From Prasinococcaceae sp. CCMP 1430 (Eukaryota; Plantae; Prasinodermophyta): 27,776 nt of DNA. Location of the stretch: positions 57,911 to 85,686 of the forward strand of contig RQSC01000482.1 of assembly GCA_013416795.1 (NCBI GenBank). Reading direction: 5' to 3'. The notes under the pieces are model-generated. The model made no database searches. It worked only from the letters and a program-made list of their open reading frames with translations, and was not told the DNA's origin. Position numbers and translations under genes: made by a program. This document shows positions 18,640-27,776 of this stretch, one piece after another; position 1 is the stretch's first letter, and each line of letters opens with the position of its first letter.

Positions 18640-18754
18640 CCACACCCAGAGACGCGTCGGCTGTGCCAGCGAGCTGCTCGCGCGAGACACACCTGGAACG
18701 AGGCAAAGGAGCAATCGTATGTACATGCGCGCACGCGCGCGCCATGAGCGCGCC

Positions 18755-19299
18755 TCATGTGTCGGGCTGCTCGAGCATCCATTGGGAGAGTATGCCCCAC
18801 ACCGCCGCGCCCGTGGCGGCCCCCTCGCCACTGTCACCGCCACCGCCAACACCTTTGCCACCGGCGAGCCACTCGTCCCAGTCGGCATCAGTGCCCCCAC
18901 TGGGGGGCTCGCCGCCTCCTCCGAGCCGCCTGAGTGCGTCTTCAAGCGCATGCGGGTACTCATTCACCCTCCTCTGCGCCAGCTCGGTACCCGCCTGTCG
19001 CAATTCGGCGTCGCGACCGCCCTCCAGCAACTGCACGGCCGCCTCGGCGAACGCGCCCGCATCGCCCGCGTCAGCGAACGCAATCGCGCCGCACTCCTCG
19101 TACTCGGCGTCCAGCGCAGCATCGGACGAGCGCTCGGAGAGCACTGCTCGTCCAGCCGCTAGCAGCGGATTGATGCTGTGTACCTCGAGCGGCGCACGCT
19201 CATAGAAGTGCACATTTGCGATCAGCCGCGCTGACGCGACGGCTGACGCCTGTTCCAGCGCGTCGTCGAAGTGCTGCAACCGCACGCGCAGCCCACGAG
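18755..19299 (-). CDS. 3' exon of a probable GT-B glycosyltransferase (CgeB/Glyco_trans_1_2-like); 5' part missing
   Basis: ARLIANVHFYERAPLEVHSINPLLAAGRAVLSERSSD..D..Y resembles, from recall, the C-terminal lobe of this family. It is preceded by branch GCTGAC (plus 19331-19336) and acceptor CTCAG at 19300. The upstream sequence ends in a poly-G run. Confidence 0.6.
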
Positions 19300-19303
19300 C
19301 TGA

Positions 19304-19540
<237 letters not shown>

Positions 19541-19621
19541 GCGCCTCGAGGTCGAGCAGCTGCATCGTCTCCCTCTCTGCTAAGCGCAGGAGATGGCGGC
19601 AGCGTCACCACCACCACAAAC

Positions 19622-19640
19622 TGGTGTTTCAAAAACACCA
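19622..19640 (+). terminator. histone mRNA 3' stem-loop (second H2B)
   Basis: ACAAAC-TGGTGTTTCAAAAACACCA-CCACA. Confidence 0.9.
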
Positions 19641-19902
19641 CCACACCAGACCCGCACCAGCTGCGCTGGGCAGCGCCGGATGCCTGCTGCCGCGCACGAC
19701 GACAGCCAGAAAGCCTCCAACAGCCCGGTTGCGCCGCATCGCTACGCACTCAAGCTCGCGCGCGTGACCGTGGCGACGATGCACGAGCGCGCCAGGCGTG
19801 CGAGGCGCCTAGGTCCGATTTGGGGGAATCGTACTGTACAGTGTACATGCGCATGCACGCGTGCACGCTTTCGAGCTCCGCATGCACGTGCGGCCGACTC
19901 TC

Positions 19903-20860
19903 CTACTCGTCACTGTCGAGGACGCCAGCCGCGCGCAGCGCTTCCCTGACGGCGCCGAAGTCGCCGCCGTACGCCCGCGCCTGGAGGCCACGCGGGGCGC
20001 CGTGGCCATCGTCGTCGCCGTCGGCACCCCACCCGTTGGCTGCGCTCGGCCGCTGCTCGGGCGGGATGGTCAGGCAGAGCTCGAGGCGTCGCACCGGCGG
20101 CTCGCCCATGCGGTCGGGCCATTCCACGAGAGACACGGCACCCGCGAAAGCCTCGTCAAGCTGCACGCGACCCAGACCCTTGCCCTGCGTGGCGTGGCGT
20201 GAAAAAGAAGAGGGCGCGGCGTCAGCATGGTGTCACATGCCGCTGGCGGGCTCGCACCCGCTCGCCTGATGATGTGCACGCACCTCCGAGCCGTGACCAC
20301 CCCCCTCGACGACGCTGCTGCCCACGCCGCCGGCGCCGCCGCTGTCGAGGCGGTACAGGTCGAAGTGTGCCAGCGCGCGGCCGTCGGCGGCGTCGTAGTC
20401 GTTGCGCAGCGTGTAGGTCGGCGACGGCACGTGCATGGCGGCATCGGCGCACGCACGCCGGAGCAGCGCGCGCGCAAACGTGCTCTGGTGTTGCGCGAGA
20501 GAGCGAATGGGCGTAGAGTGAGCGATCGAGACATGTGTGTGGGGGGTGGGGGGTAAGTCACGGATGCATGCAACGGCAAGGGCCACCAGCTCCTGCGCGA
20601 GAGCGTGCCCGCACGCGCAGCACCCGACCGTGCTCACCTTGCCTGCACCGACGTCGCCGCGCAAGAATATGACGTCACCAGGAAGTGCGACGTCCGCGAG
20701 GGCCTTCGCCACGCGTTCTGTGTCCTCCAGCGCCTCCAGCCGCCCGCCCGCCTCCCACACCGCCGCCGCACCAGCAGCGCTGGTCACGCAGCGCGCCACC
20801 CCACCGCAGCCGCCGCTGACGGCCCCGTGGCGGCCGCGCCGCGCCGTCGCGGCCGCCACG
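19903..20860 (-). CDS. tsaE: tRNA t6A biosynthesis ATPase TsaE (YjeE); 5' end in the gap; exons <20860-20638, 20484-20284 and 20184-19903
   Basis: TERVAKALA..ALPGDVIFLRGDVGAGK|STFARALLR (Walker A split by an intron), VPSPTYTL, LAHFDLYRL and VSLVEWPDR are diagnostic TsaE motifs. Both introns (20637-20485 and 20283-20185) are GT-AG and phase 0. Confidence 0.93.
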
Positions 20861-21625
20861 NNNNNNNNNNNNNNNNNNNNNNNNNNNNNNNNNNNNNNNN
20901 NNNNNNNNNNNNNNNNNNNNNNNNNNNNNNNNNNNNNNNNNNNNNNNNNNNNNNNNNNNNNNNNNNNNNNNNNNNNNNNNNNNNNNNNNNNNNNNNNNNN
21001 NNNNNNNNNNNNNNNNNNNNNNNNNNNNNNNNNNNNNNNNNNNNNNNNNNNNNNNNNNNNNNNNNNNNNNNNNNNNNNNNNNNNNNNNNNNNNNNNNNNN
21101 NNNNNNNNNNNNNNNNNNNNNNNNNNNNNNNNNNNNNNNNNNNNNNNNNNNNNNNNNNNNNNNNNNNNNNNNNNNNNNNNNNNNNNNNNNNNNNNNNNNN
21201 NNNNNNNNNNNNNNNNNNNNNNNNNNNNNNNNNNNNNNNNNNNNNNNNNNNNNNNNNNNNNNNNNNNNNNNNNNNNNNNNNNNNNNNNNNNNNNNNNNNN
21301 NNNNNNNNNNNNNNNNNNNNNNNNNNNNNNNNNNNNNNNNNNNNNNNNNNNNNNNNNNNNNNNNNNNNNNNNNNNNNNNNNNNNNNNNNNNNNNNNNNNN
21401 NNNNNNNNNNNNNNNNNNNNNNNNNNNNNNNNNNNNNNNNNNNNNNNNNNNNNNNNNNNNNNNNNNNNNNNNNNNNNNNNNNNNNNNNNNNNNNNNNNNN
21501 NNNNNNNNNNNNNNNNNNNNNNNNNNNNNNNNNNNNNNNNNNNNNNNNNNNNNNNNNNNNNNNNNNNNNNNNNNNNNNNNNNNNNNNNNNNNNNNNNNNN
21601 NNNNNNNNNNNNNNNNNNNNNNNNN
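20861..21625. other. assembly gap (765 N)
   Basis: N run in the sequence. Confidence 1.
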
Positions 21626-22236
21626 GCGCCGCGCGGCGGCGCAGCGGCCGCGCCCATGGGCGCGCCGCAGGGGAGCGGGGCGCCTGGCAACCGCAGCGAG
21701 CACGAACACTCGCCATCGCGAGAGGGGCGGGCGAGTATAGGGTTGGGGTGTGGGGTGGGGGGGGGGGCGGGGAGCGCGTGGCGCGGTATGGCACGGAGTG
21801 CGCTGCTGCCGCCGCCCCTCCGCGCGCGCAATCCCCAGAAGAACAGGGAGAGTATCTACGATACCAGGCACGCAATTTGGCCATCATGGATTATGTGCAC
21901 TCGCCGCACTGCCTCCCGCGCTGCCCTGCTGCCACAGGCGCCGCGCCCGCGCCCCCACCCGACCCCGCGCGCGGCCTTGACCCACCGGGCGGGGAGCTCG
22001 TCCCGGTGCGCCCAGCTGCAATGGTCGTGGTCGGCGACTTCCTCCTGGGCGTCGCCGCGAGCGCGGCCGCGCTCGGCGCGATGAAGCGCAAGGGCGTCGT
22101 GCGCGTGAACTTCAGCGCAGTGAGCAGCGAGCAAGGGCGCAAGGCGCTGGAGCTGTACGTGTGGAGTGGGGAGCGCATGGCCGCAGTTGTCGAAGGGGCA
22201 GTGGATGCCGTCAAGAAGTCGACATCTCCCAAGTGA
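21626..22236 (+). CDS. partial hypothetical protein (C-terminal part; start probably in the gap)
   Basis: Frame is open from the gap to TGA at 22234-22236. The segment EQGEYLRYQARNLAIMDYVH...VVVGDFLLGVAASAAALGAMKRKGVVRVNF...LELYVWSG looks protein-like. TGTAA follows at 22423-22427. Confidence 0.45.
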
Positions 22237-22652
22237 TGAGCGCTGCCGCCGCCCTCCCGCCGCCCGTACCCTGCCCAGTGCTGTCGCTGCCCCACGCGGC
22301 ACAGCGGCGCTGTTGGTTTGCGCCTGCAGACGCGAGTCACGGGAGGCGGAGGCCGCCAGCAACGCCCTGCTGTGAGGCGCCCGCGCGCCTGCTGGCGAGG
22401 CTATGATGTGCGTGCTCGTCGCTGTAAATTATGCCTGTGATCCTACACCCATTGGAGGTGCGCATTCGAGCAGCAGGGGCCGTCGCAGCGCGGCCGCGAG
22501 CAGATGGACATGGCCACGGGCTCCCCTCCCACGCTCCTTGCAAGAATGATGCAATCATTAGCGCCACGACGCGCAACTGGCACGTCGCACGTCCCGCCTC
22601 GCAATCCGCGGCAGAGAGGAAGGGAACGGCCTCATCGGCGAGCTAGCTAGCA

Positions 22653-24701
22653 CTAATTCCCGCGGTACTCAGCGACTTCATCCATCATCAGCGTGCGCAT
22701 GGACAGGTCATCGCTGAGCTGCACGGTCGCCTCACCACTGTCGGAGTGTCGCTCGATGAGCTGCGCGACCTCGCCACGATGTTCTCCCTTCACAACGATG
22801 ACACGACCTCCGCGCTTCGGCAGAGCGGTCTCGAGCGAGCGCTGCGGCACCTCGTGTACGACGGTGTCGCCGTTGCCACTGAGCATGGAGAGCGTGGCCT
22901 CCTCGGGTCCTGTCACGTCCAACACGCAACCCTTCTGCAGGTAGAGCTTGCCTTCGGCCAACCGCTTGGAGACGACGCGCACGACGATGCCCGGACGCAA
23001 CCAGGCGGCGTCACGCGGTGGCGGTGGCGGCGGCGCGTGGTCGCGTTGGCTGCGATCGCGGCGATGGCGGTCGTCTCGGTCCGACTTGTGTCGCTTGTGG
23101 CCGCGCTCGCGGTCTCGGTGCTCTCGGTCGCGCTTGTGCTCACGCTTATGTCTACTTCTGTCCCTGTCACGGTCCTTGTCCCTATCGCGGTCGCGGTCGC
23201 GGTCGCGGTCGCGGTCGCGCCCATTGTGCCTGTCGTGGTCCCTATCGCCACCGCGGTCTCGTCTCCCGCCGTCCAAACTCTCGTCGCGATCGCGCCCTCT
23301 AGCCTCCACGCGCGCACTCCCCTGCTCCGCACGGCCCTCGCCAGGAAGTACCGGCGCATCTGCGTCCGACATCTCTTCCACCTTCACACGAACCGCATCA
23401 CAATCGGCGGCAGCAAATGCTTTTGCCCTTGGAAGAGCCTCGGCCTCGGCAGCGACGGCCTTCGCCCTCGCGTCGGCCGCGGCCGCCTCTGCAGCCGCCT
23501 CTGCTTCCGCCCTCGCCTCCTCGCGCTTGGACGCCTCGCCGATCTCGCCCAGCTCCGAACAGCGCACGCGCACGGTCGCGCCCGAGCCTACGAGCGTCAC
23601 CAGGGCGCGGTCGGAACGCCCTTCCTCCTTGACGACCTCGTTTACCTCGCACGTCAGGCCCGAGTGCGGCCCAGCGACGACCTCCATCGTCTTGCCCACC
23701 GCCGCGCCACGCACAGGCGCCTTCGTGAGCTTCTCATCGAGGCGCCGCACAGAGCGCATCGTGCCCTCAGCGACCATCATCTCTGCGGGGCCGCGCTTCT
23801 CGCCTGGCTTGATGAAGCGTTTCTTTTTGGCTTGGCCAGTCGCCTCGCGCAGCGAGGCCAGCGTGTTGGGGTCGGCGCCTAGGCCGAGCTTGTCGGGGCG
23901 CTTGAGGTACTCAACCGGTGCCGCAGGGCCCTTGCCGCTTCGACCCACTGCCATTCCCTTCTTCCATCCCATGCCGCGAAGCATCGCCAGCCCGAAGTCT
24001 TCCACCGGCATTGCCTCGTACTGTGCGAGCGTGGCGACCTCGGGGAGGTCCTCAGCATCCTTCCCGCCCCTGGGCGCCCTGCCGCCGAACGACGGTCGCG
24101 ACGGCTGCGCCGCCGCCGCAGGGTCACCGCTAAAATGCTGCTGCTGGTCATTCCCAGACTCCCGCTGCTGCTGCTGCGGCTGCTGCGGCTGCTGCTGCTC
24201 GGCTTTCTTCCTCTGCTCCATCCTTTCGCGCATGTTGTTGAGTCCGTACTTCACGTCGGGGGCTTGCGCCACCTCATCGGCCTGCGCTGCCTCGAATCTG
24301 TCCGCCGCTTTCTTTGCCGCCGCCACCGCCCCCTCCGCGCCGCCGGCAGTCTCACCCACCGCCGCTGCGGCAGCGGCCTCCGCTTCAGCGTACTTCTGCT
24401 GGAGCTCGGTGGCAGGGTCCCACGTGTTTGGTAGCGCCTTGATGACTTTCGGCTGCTTCTTCGGCTTGGCACCCTCGGCTGACTGCAGCACGCCCCCGGA
24501 TAATCCTGTGACAAGCTCCTTGACATCACCATCGCTCTCTGCCCGCGCAGCTGCCGCCGCGCCGAGGAACGCGCGCGCAGCCGCACCGGCGGGCGCAGCA
24601 GCCGCCGCTGGCTTCTGCACGCCCTGCCTGCCGCCACCGCTGCCGCCAGGGCCGAGGCTGAACCCGAACGCGACGCGCGCGGGATGCTCCTCCTCTCCCA
24701 T
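22653..24701 (-). CDS. MOS2: G-patch and KOW domain splicing factor (MOS2/GPKOW/Spp2 family)
   Basis: G-patch VEDFGLAMLRGMGWKKG...RPDKLGLGA; KOW motif VVAGPHSG; RD-repeat tract; C-terminal Kin17-like KOW module WLRPGIVVRVVSK...LETALPK.GGRVIVVKGEHRG. 682-aa ORF. Confidence 0.92.
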   Translation of the reverse strand: MGEEEHPARVAFGFSLGPGGSGGGRQGVQKPAAAAAPAGAAARAFLGAAAAARAESDGDVKELVTGLSGGVLQSAEGAKPKKQPKVIKALPNTWDPATELQQKYAEAEAAAAAAVGETAGGAEGAVAAAKKAADRFEAAQADEVAQAPDVKYGLNNMRERMEQRKKAEQQQPQQPQQQQRESGNDQQQHFSGDPAAAAQPSRPSFGGRAPRGGKDAEDLPEVATLAQYEAMPVEDFGLAMLRGMGWKKGMAVGRSGKGPAAPVEYLKRPDKLGLGADPNTLASLREATGQAKKKRFIKPGEKRGPAEMMVAEGTMRSVRRLDEKLTKAPVRGAAVGKTMEVVAGPHSGLTCEVNEVVKEEGRSDRALVTLVGSGATVRVRCSELGEIGEASKREEARAEAEAAAEAAAADARAKAVAAEAEALPRAKAFAAADCDAVRVKVEEMSDADAPVLPGEGRAEQGSARVEARGRDRDESLDGGRRDRGGDRDHDRHNGRDRDRDRDRDRDRDKDRDRDRSRHKREHKRDREHRDRERGHKRHKSDRDDRHRRDRSQRDHAPPPPPPRDAAWLRPGIVVRVVSKRLAEGKLYLQKGCVLDVTGPEEATLSMLSGNGDTVVHEVPQRSLETALPKRGGRVIVVKGEHRGEVAQLIERHSDSGEATVQLSDDLSMRTLMMDEVAEYRGN

Positions 24702-25085
24702 CGCCCCCTACGCGCCCCTCCCGCGCACCCCCGCCCGCCCCCCAGCCCGCGCACCGCAGGCCCCCCGCGGCAGCGCGCGGGCGCCGCGGCGGCCGACGGA
24801 TTCCGATTCCACCCGCGCGTCGCCGCGCGCCGCCGCGCGCCGAACCCGGAACCCAGATGGATTCCGGGGACGACCCAGGTGGAATCCCCGAATCCTGGAA
24901 TCCGGACTCGAGGAATCCCGGGCCCCTGCCCTTCCGTTGCCTTCCTTGCCCCCCCCCCGGCCGGAGCTCCCCCCGCGGCCCAGCCGCCGCCGCGCGATCC
25001 TCGTCGAGGCGGGCCACCCCGCCGGCGCGAGGGCTTGGCCGGCTGCGGTTACGGCCGCTCGCGAGCGGCGCTCGCCGCTCGCGCG

Positions 25086-27327
25086 ATGCCGCGCGCATCG
25101 AAGAGCGCGTCCGCCGCGAGCGGCGGCAGCTCGGGGGGCGGACGCGCCAAGTGCGTGGGGGCGCCGACGGTGTGGAGCGAGGATGAGGACGCTAAGCTGC
25201 GCGCGCTCGTCGCCGAGCACGGCACCAAGTGGAGCGAAGTCAGCCGCGTGCTCGGAAGGTGCGCCGGCACGCGCTGCGGGCCGCGCGCACGCGCCAATGC
25301 GCACCATAGCGCCAATGCGCACCATAGCGCCAATGCGCACCAGCGCGCGCCAGCGCACTCGCCCACCCATCCGCTCACCAATCACCCCCATGCTCAATCC
25401 CCCCCACCCCCCCACACTCACCCACCATCACCACCGCCGCCAATAACAACACCAACACCAACCACAACAACAACTCGACTCGACTCCGCAAACACGAGCA
25501 GCAAGGGCCCCAAGCAGTGCCGCCGCCGCTGGGGCAACCACCTGAACGCCAACAACAAGACGGAGTCGTGGTCACCCGAGGAGGACGCCACCCTACTCGA
25601 GGGGCACGCGCGGCTGGGCAATCGGTGGACGGAGCTGGCGCGCCTCGTGGGCGGGCGCACGGACAACGCCGTCAAGAACCGCTTCGACGCGCTCGCGCGC
25701 AAGCGCAAGCGCGCCGAGGCGCAAGGGGCCGCGGCGGGAGGTGCGGATGCTGGGGGGAGCAAGGCCAGCGCCCTCGAGGCGAGTGGCAAGGCCAACAACA
25801 CGCCGCCGCCGTCGGCTGCCGGCGCCGCCGAGGGCGGCGCGGAGCGGAAAAAGGCCTCGGCGGAACAGTCAAGTCCGGAGAAGAGAAAGACGAAGGGCGG
25901 CCTCGCGGCCGCGAAGCCAGCGTCCACGCTCCCTCCGCTGATGGCCAGTCGACAAAAAAGCCTGAGCATCCAGATCCCCTCGGCCCCCCACGCGCCGCCA
26001 AGCACCGTGGTGACCAACGCCTCGGGCGTGCCCGTTGTGGCGGGGTCGCCCGTGCCGCCCACGCTGGCGACGTACCTGCGAACGCAGCTCGCCCAGCTCT
26101 CGCCGATGGACCTGCGCTCGATGGGCGGCATGGGGTCGCCCGACCTGGCGCAGCTCTTCTCACTCTTCGGCGCGGGCGACCTCGACCACCTGCCCAGCGC
26201 CGACCGCCGGGCGCAGCACGTGGCGGGAGAGACCGCGGCATGCGGCGGCAGGGGGGGCACGCAGGCGCCGAGCGCCGCCGCCGCCGCCGCGGCCTCCGAC
26301 CCCGCGGACCCCGCGCAGATGCTGCCCGCGCAGACGCCCGCGATCGACCCCGAGGAGGTGATGGGCTGGCTGCGCGCGATCACGCCGCGCGCCCAGAGCA
26401 CCGGCCGCTGCAGCGGGCCCGAGAGCGGCGGCAGCAAACGCGGCGCGAGCAGCACGCCGACGACCGCCGCCGCCAGCGCGGGGGTCGAGGGCGGCGGCCG
26501 CAGGAGGGGCGAGGGAGCCGGCGGCAGCGCGAGCGGCGCCTGCCTCGGGCTCGGCGCCGCCGGCGCGTCATCGTCCGTGCAGGGCANNNNNNNNNNNNNN
26601 NNNNNNNNNNNNNNNNNNNNNNNNNNNNNNNNNNNNNNNNNNNNNNNNNNNNNNNNNNNNNNNNNNNNNNNNNNNNNNNNNNNNNNNNNNNNNNNNNNNN
26701 NNNNNNNNNNNNNNNNNNNNNNNNNNNNNNNNNNNNNNNNNNNNNNNNNNNNNNNNNNNNNNNNNNNNNNNNNNNNNNNNNNNNNNNNNNNNNNNNNNNN
26801 NNNNNNNNNNNNNNNNNNNNNNNNNNNNNNNNNNNNNNNNNNNNNNNNNCGCGGCCGCGGCCGCAGCGCGCGCGCGCGCGCGCGCCGCAGGCGATACGAT
26901 ATGTACCCTGCAATCCACATATCATCACATTGAAGCCCTATTAAAAAACCTCAAGCACAGTATCTGGCGGCGCCTTTGTGTGACGCGCCGATCGCCGCGC
27001 CTGCGCAGCGTGGCGAGCCTCACGCGCTCGGACGCGGCCGCGGCCGCCCCCGTGGCGTCCAGCCCCGCCTTTTCGGCGCGCGAGGCGCACATGCTGCTCA
27101 ACGCCCTGGGCGCCGACACGGAGGGCCTCCTGCAGCTCGCGGCGCAGCCGGTGGGCGAGCCGACGCTGGCGGCCGACGCACCGATAGCGCCCGGCGCGCT
27201 GGACAGCGAGGACTCGGAGCAGCAGGCCCATCCCGTGTCGTCGGTGAGCTTCGAGTTCCACGCGCCCCCGACGCCCATCAGCGCCAGCGTGTTCTCGCCG
27301 CGGCGCTCGCCGAGGACGGCGCCGTGA
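25086..27327 (+). CDS. R2R3-MYB transcription factor, FLP/MYB88-like; exons 25086-25258, 25502-(gap at 26587) and probable last exon 27009-27327
   Basis: R2 WSEDEDAKLRALVAEHG.KWSEVS...KQCRRRW and R3 WSPEEDATLLEGHARLGNRWTELARLVGGRTDNAVKNRF. Removing the intron 25259-25501 gives normal R2 spacing. The last exon follows a TGTGAC...CGCAG acceptor, and its linkage crosses a gap. Confidence 0.88.
25291..25342 (+). repeat. 18-nt tandem repeat (GCGCCAATGCGCACCATA) x2.9 in MYB intron 1
   Basis: Units at 25291-25308, 25309-25326 and 25327-25342. Confidence 0.95.
26587..26849. other. assembly gap (263 N)
   Basis: N run in the sequence. Confidence 1.
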
Positions 27328-27566
27328 GCTCGCGCGCGCGCGTGCGCGTCGGCCGCTCCGTAACGACCGGCCGAGGCGCCTCTCGCGCGCCGTCGTCCGC
27401 GCCGCCAGGCGCAACTCGCTAGAGACGCGCGACAGCAACAGGTGTGGAGCGGCGCGGTTGGCCTGCGGGCGGCGCGGGTGCGGTCCCTCGAGCGCCCGCT
27501 CCGGCGAGCGCGGCAGCTCGCTCGCGGCGCGGGCGTGGAGGGGCTTTCGCCGTCGTCTGGGTGTGG

Positions 27567-27585
27567 TGGTGTTTTTGAAACACCA
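27567..27585 (-). terminator. histone mRNA 3' stem-loop (H2A copy 2)
   Basis: Minus strand reads AAAAC-TGGTGTTTCAAAAACACCA-CCACA, about 60 nt after the stop. Confidence 0.9.
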
Positions 27586-27645
27586 GTTTTGTGTGGTGGT
27601 CGGGGCGTCGCCCGAGGCGAGGCCAGTCGTGCGCGTGCTCGGCGC

Positions 27646-27776
27646 TTACTTGTCGCCCTTCTTCTTGGGCAGGAGCACCGAGTGGATGTTGGGCAGCACG
27701 CCGCCGGACGCGATGGTCACGGTGCCGAGCAGCTTGGAGAGCTCCTCGTCGTTGCGGATGGCGAGCTGGATGTGGC
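27646..27776 (-). CDS. H2A: histone H2A, C-terminal part (continues beyond the window)
   Basis: [42 protein letters not shown] reads intact. Confidence 0.96.
   Translation of the reverse strand, partial: HIQLAIRNDEELSKLLGTVTIASGGVLPNIHSVLLPKKKGDK

Noticed and set aside
23185-23220. (GCGGTC)n hexamer run
   Set aside because: It simply encodes the RD dipeptide tract typical of splicing factors in the MOS2 gene.
22948-25446. 832-aa plus-strand ORF, and many similar long overlapping ORFs in the track
   Set aside because: These are antisense or off-frame shadows of real genes in GC-rich DNA, where stops are rare. They are Arg/Ala/Ser/Pro-rich and carry no domains.

Overview
This is eukaryotic nuclear DNA, very GC-rich and gene-dense. 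It has short GT-AG introns that often carry a GCTGAC branch motif, TGTAA poly(A)-type signals and stem-loop-terminated histone genes. That combination fits a green alga, probably prasinophyte-grade (inference; I cannot name the species). No prokaryotic features, CRISPR arrays, tRNAs, rRNAs or clear transposons were found. Genes in order: GPR180/TMEM145-like 7TM protein (+), ARL2BP/BART (-), a small repeat-containing hypothetical (+), a predicted spliced fusion of an acylated calcineurin-B-like EF-hand sensor with NZF, SAM and RING domains (-), Twinkle primase-helicase (+), a Cys-rich hypothetical (-), cytochrome b5 (+), an SLC9B/NHA-type cation/H+ antiporter (+), a divergent H2A-H2B pair, a glycosyltransferase-like 3' exon (-), an H2B 3' fragment (+), TsaE (-), a partial hypothetical (+), MOS2/GPKOW (-), an FLP/MYB88-like R2R3-MYB (+) and a second H2A running off the window end (-). 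The best candidate for new biology is the EF-hand-NZF-SAM-RING fusion, a putative Ca2+-responsive membrane E3 ligase. Next is a non-canonical histone 3' stem-loop followed by a conserved CCAGA element. The most striking sequence oddity is four blocks of about 56 nt in the histone pair that are complemented but not reversed. These are almost certainly an assembly artefact, and the 17-19.5 kb histone region appears mis-assembled.
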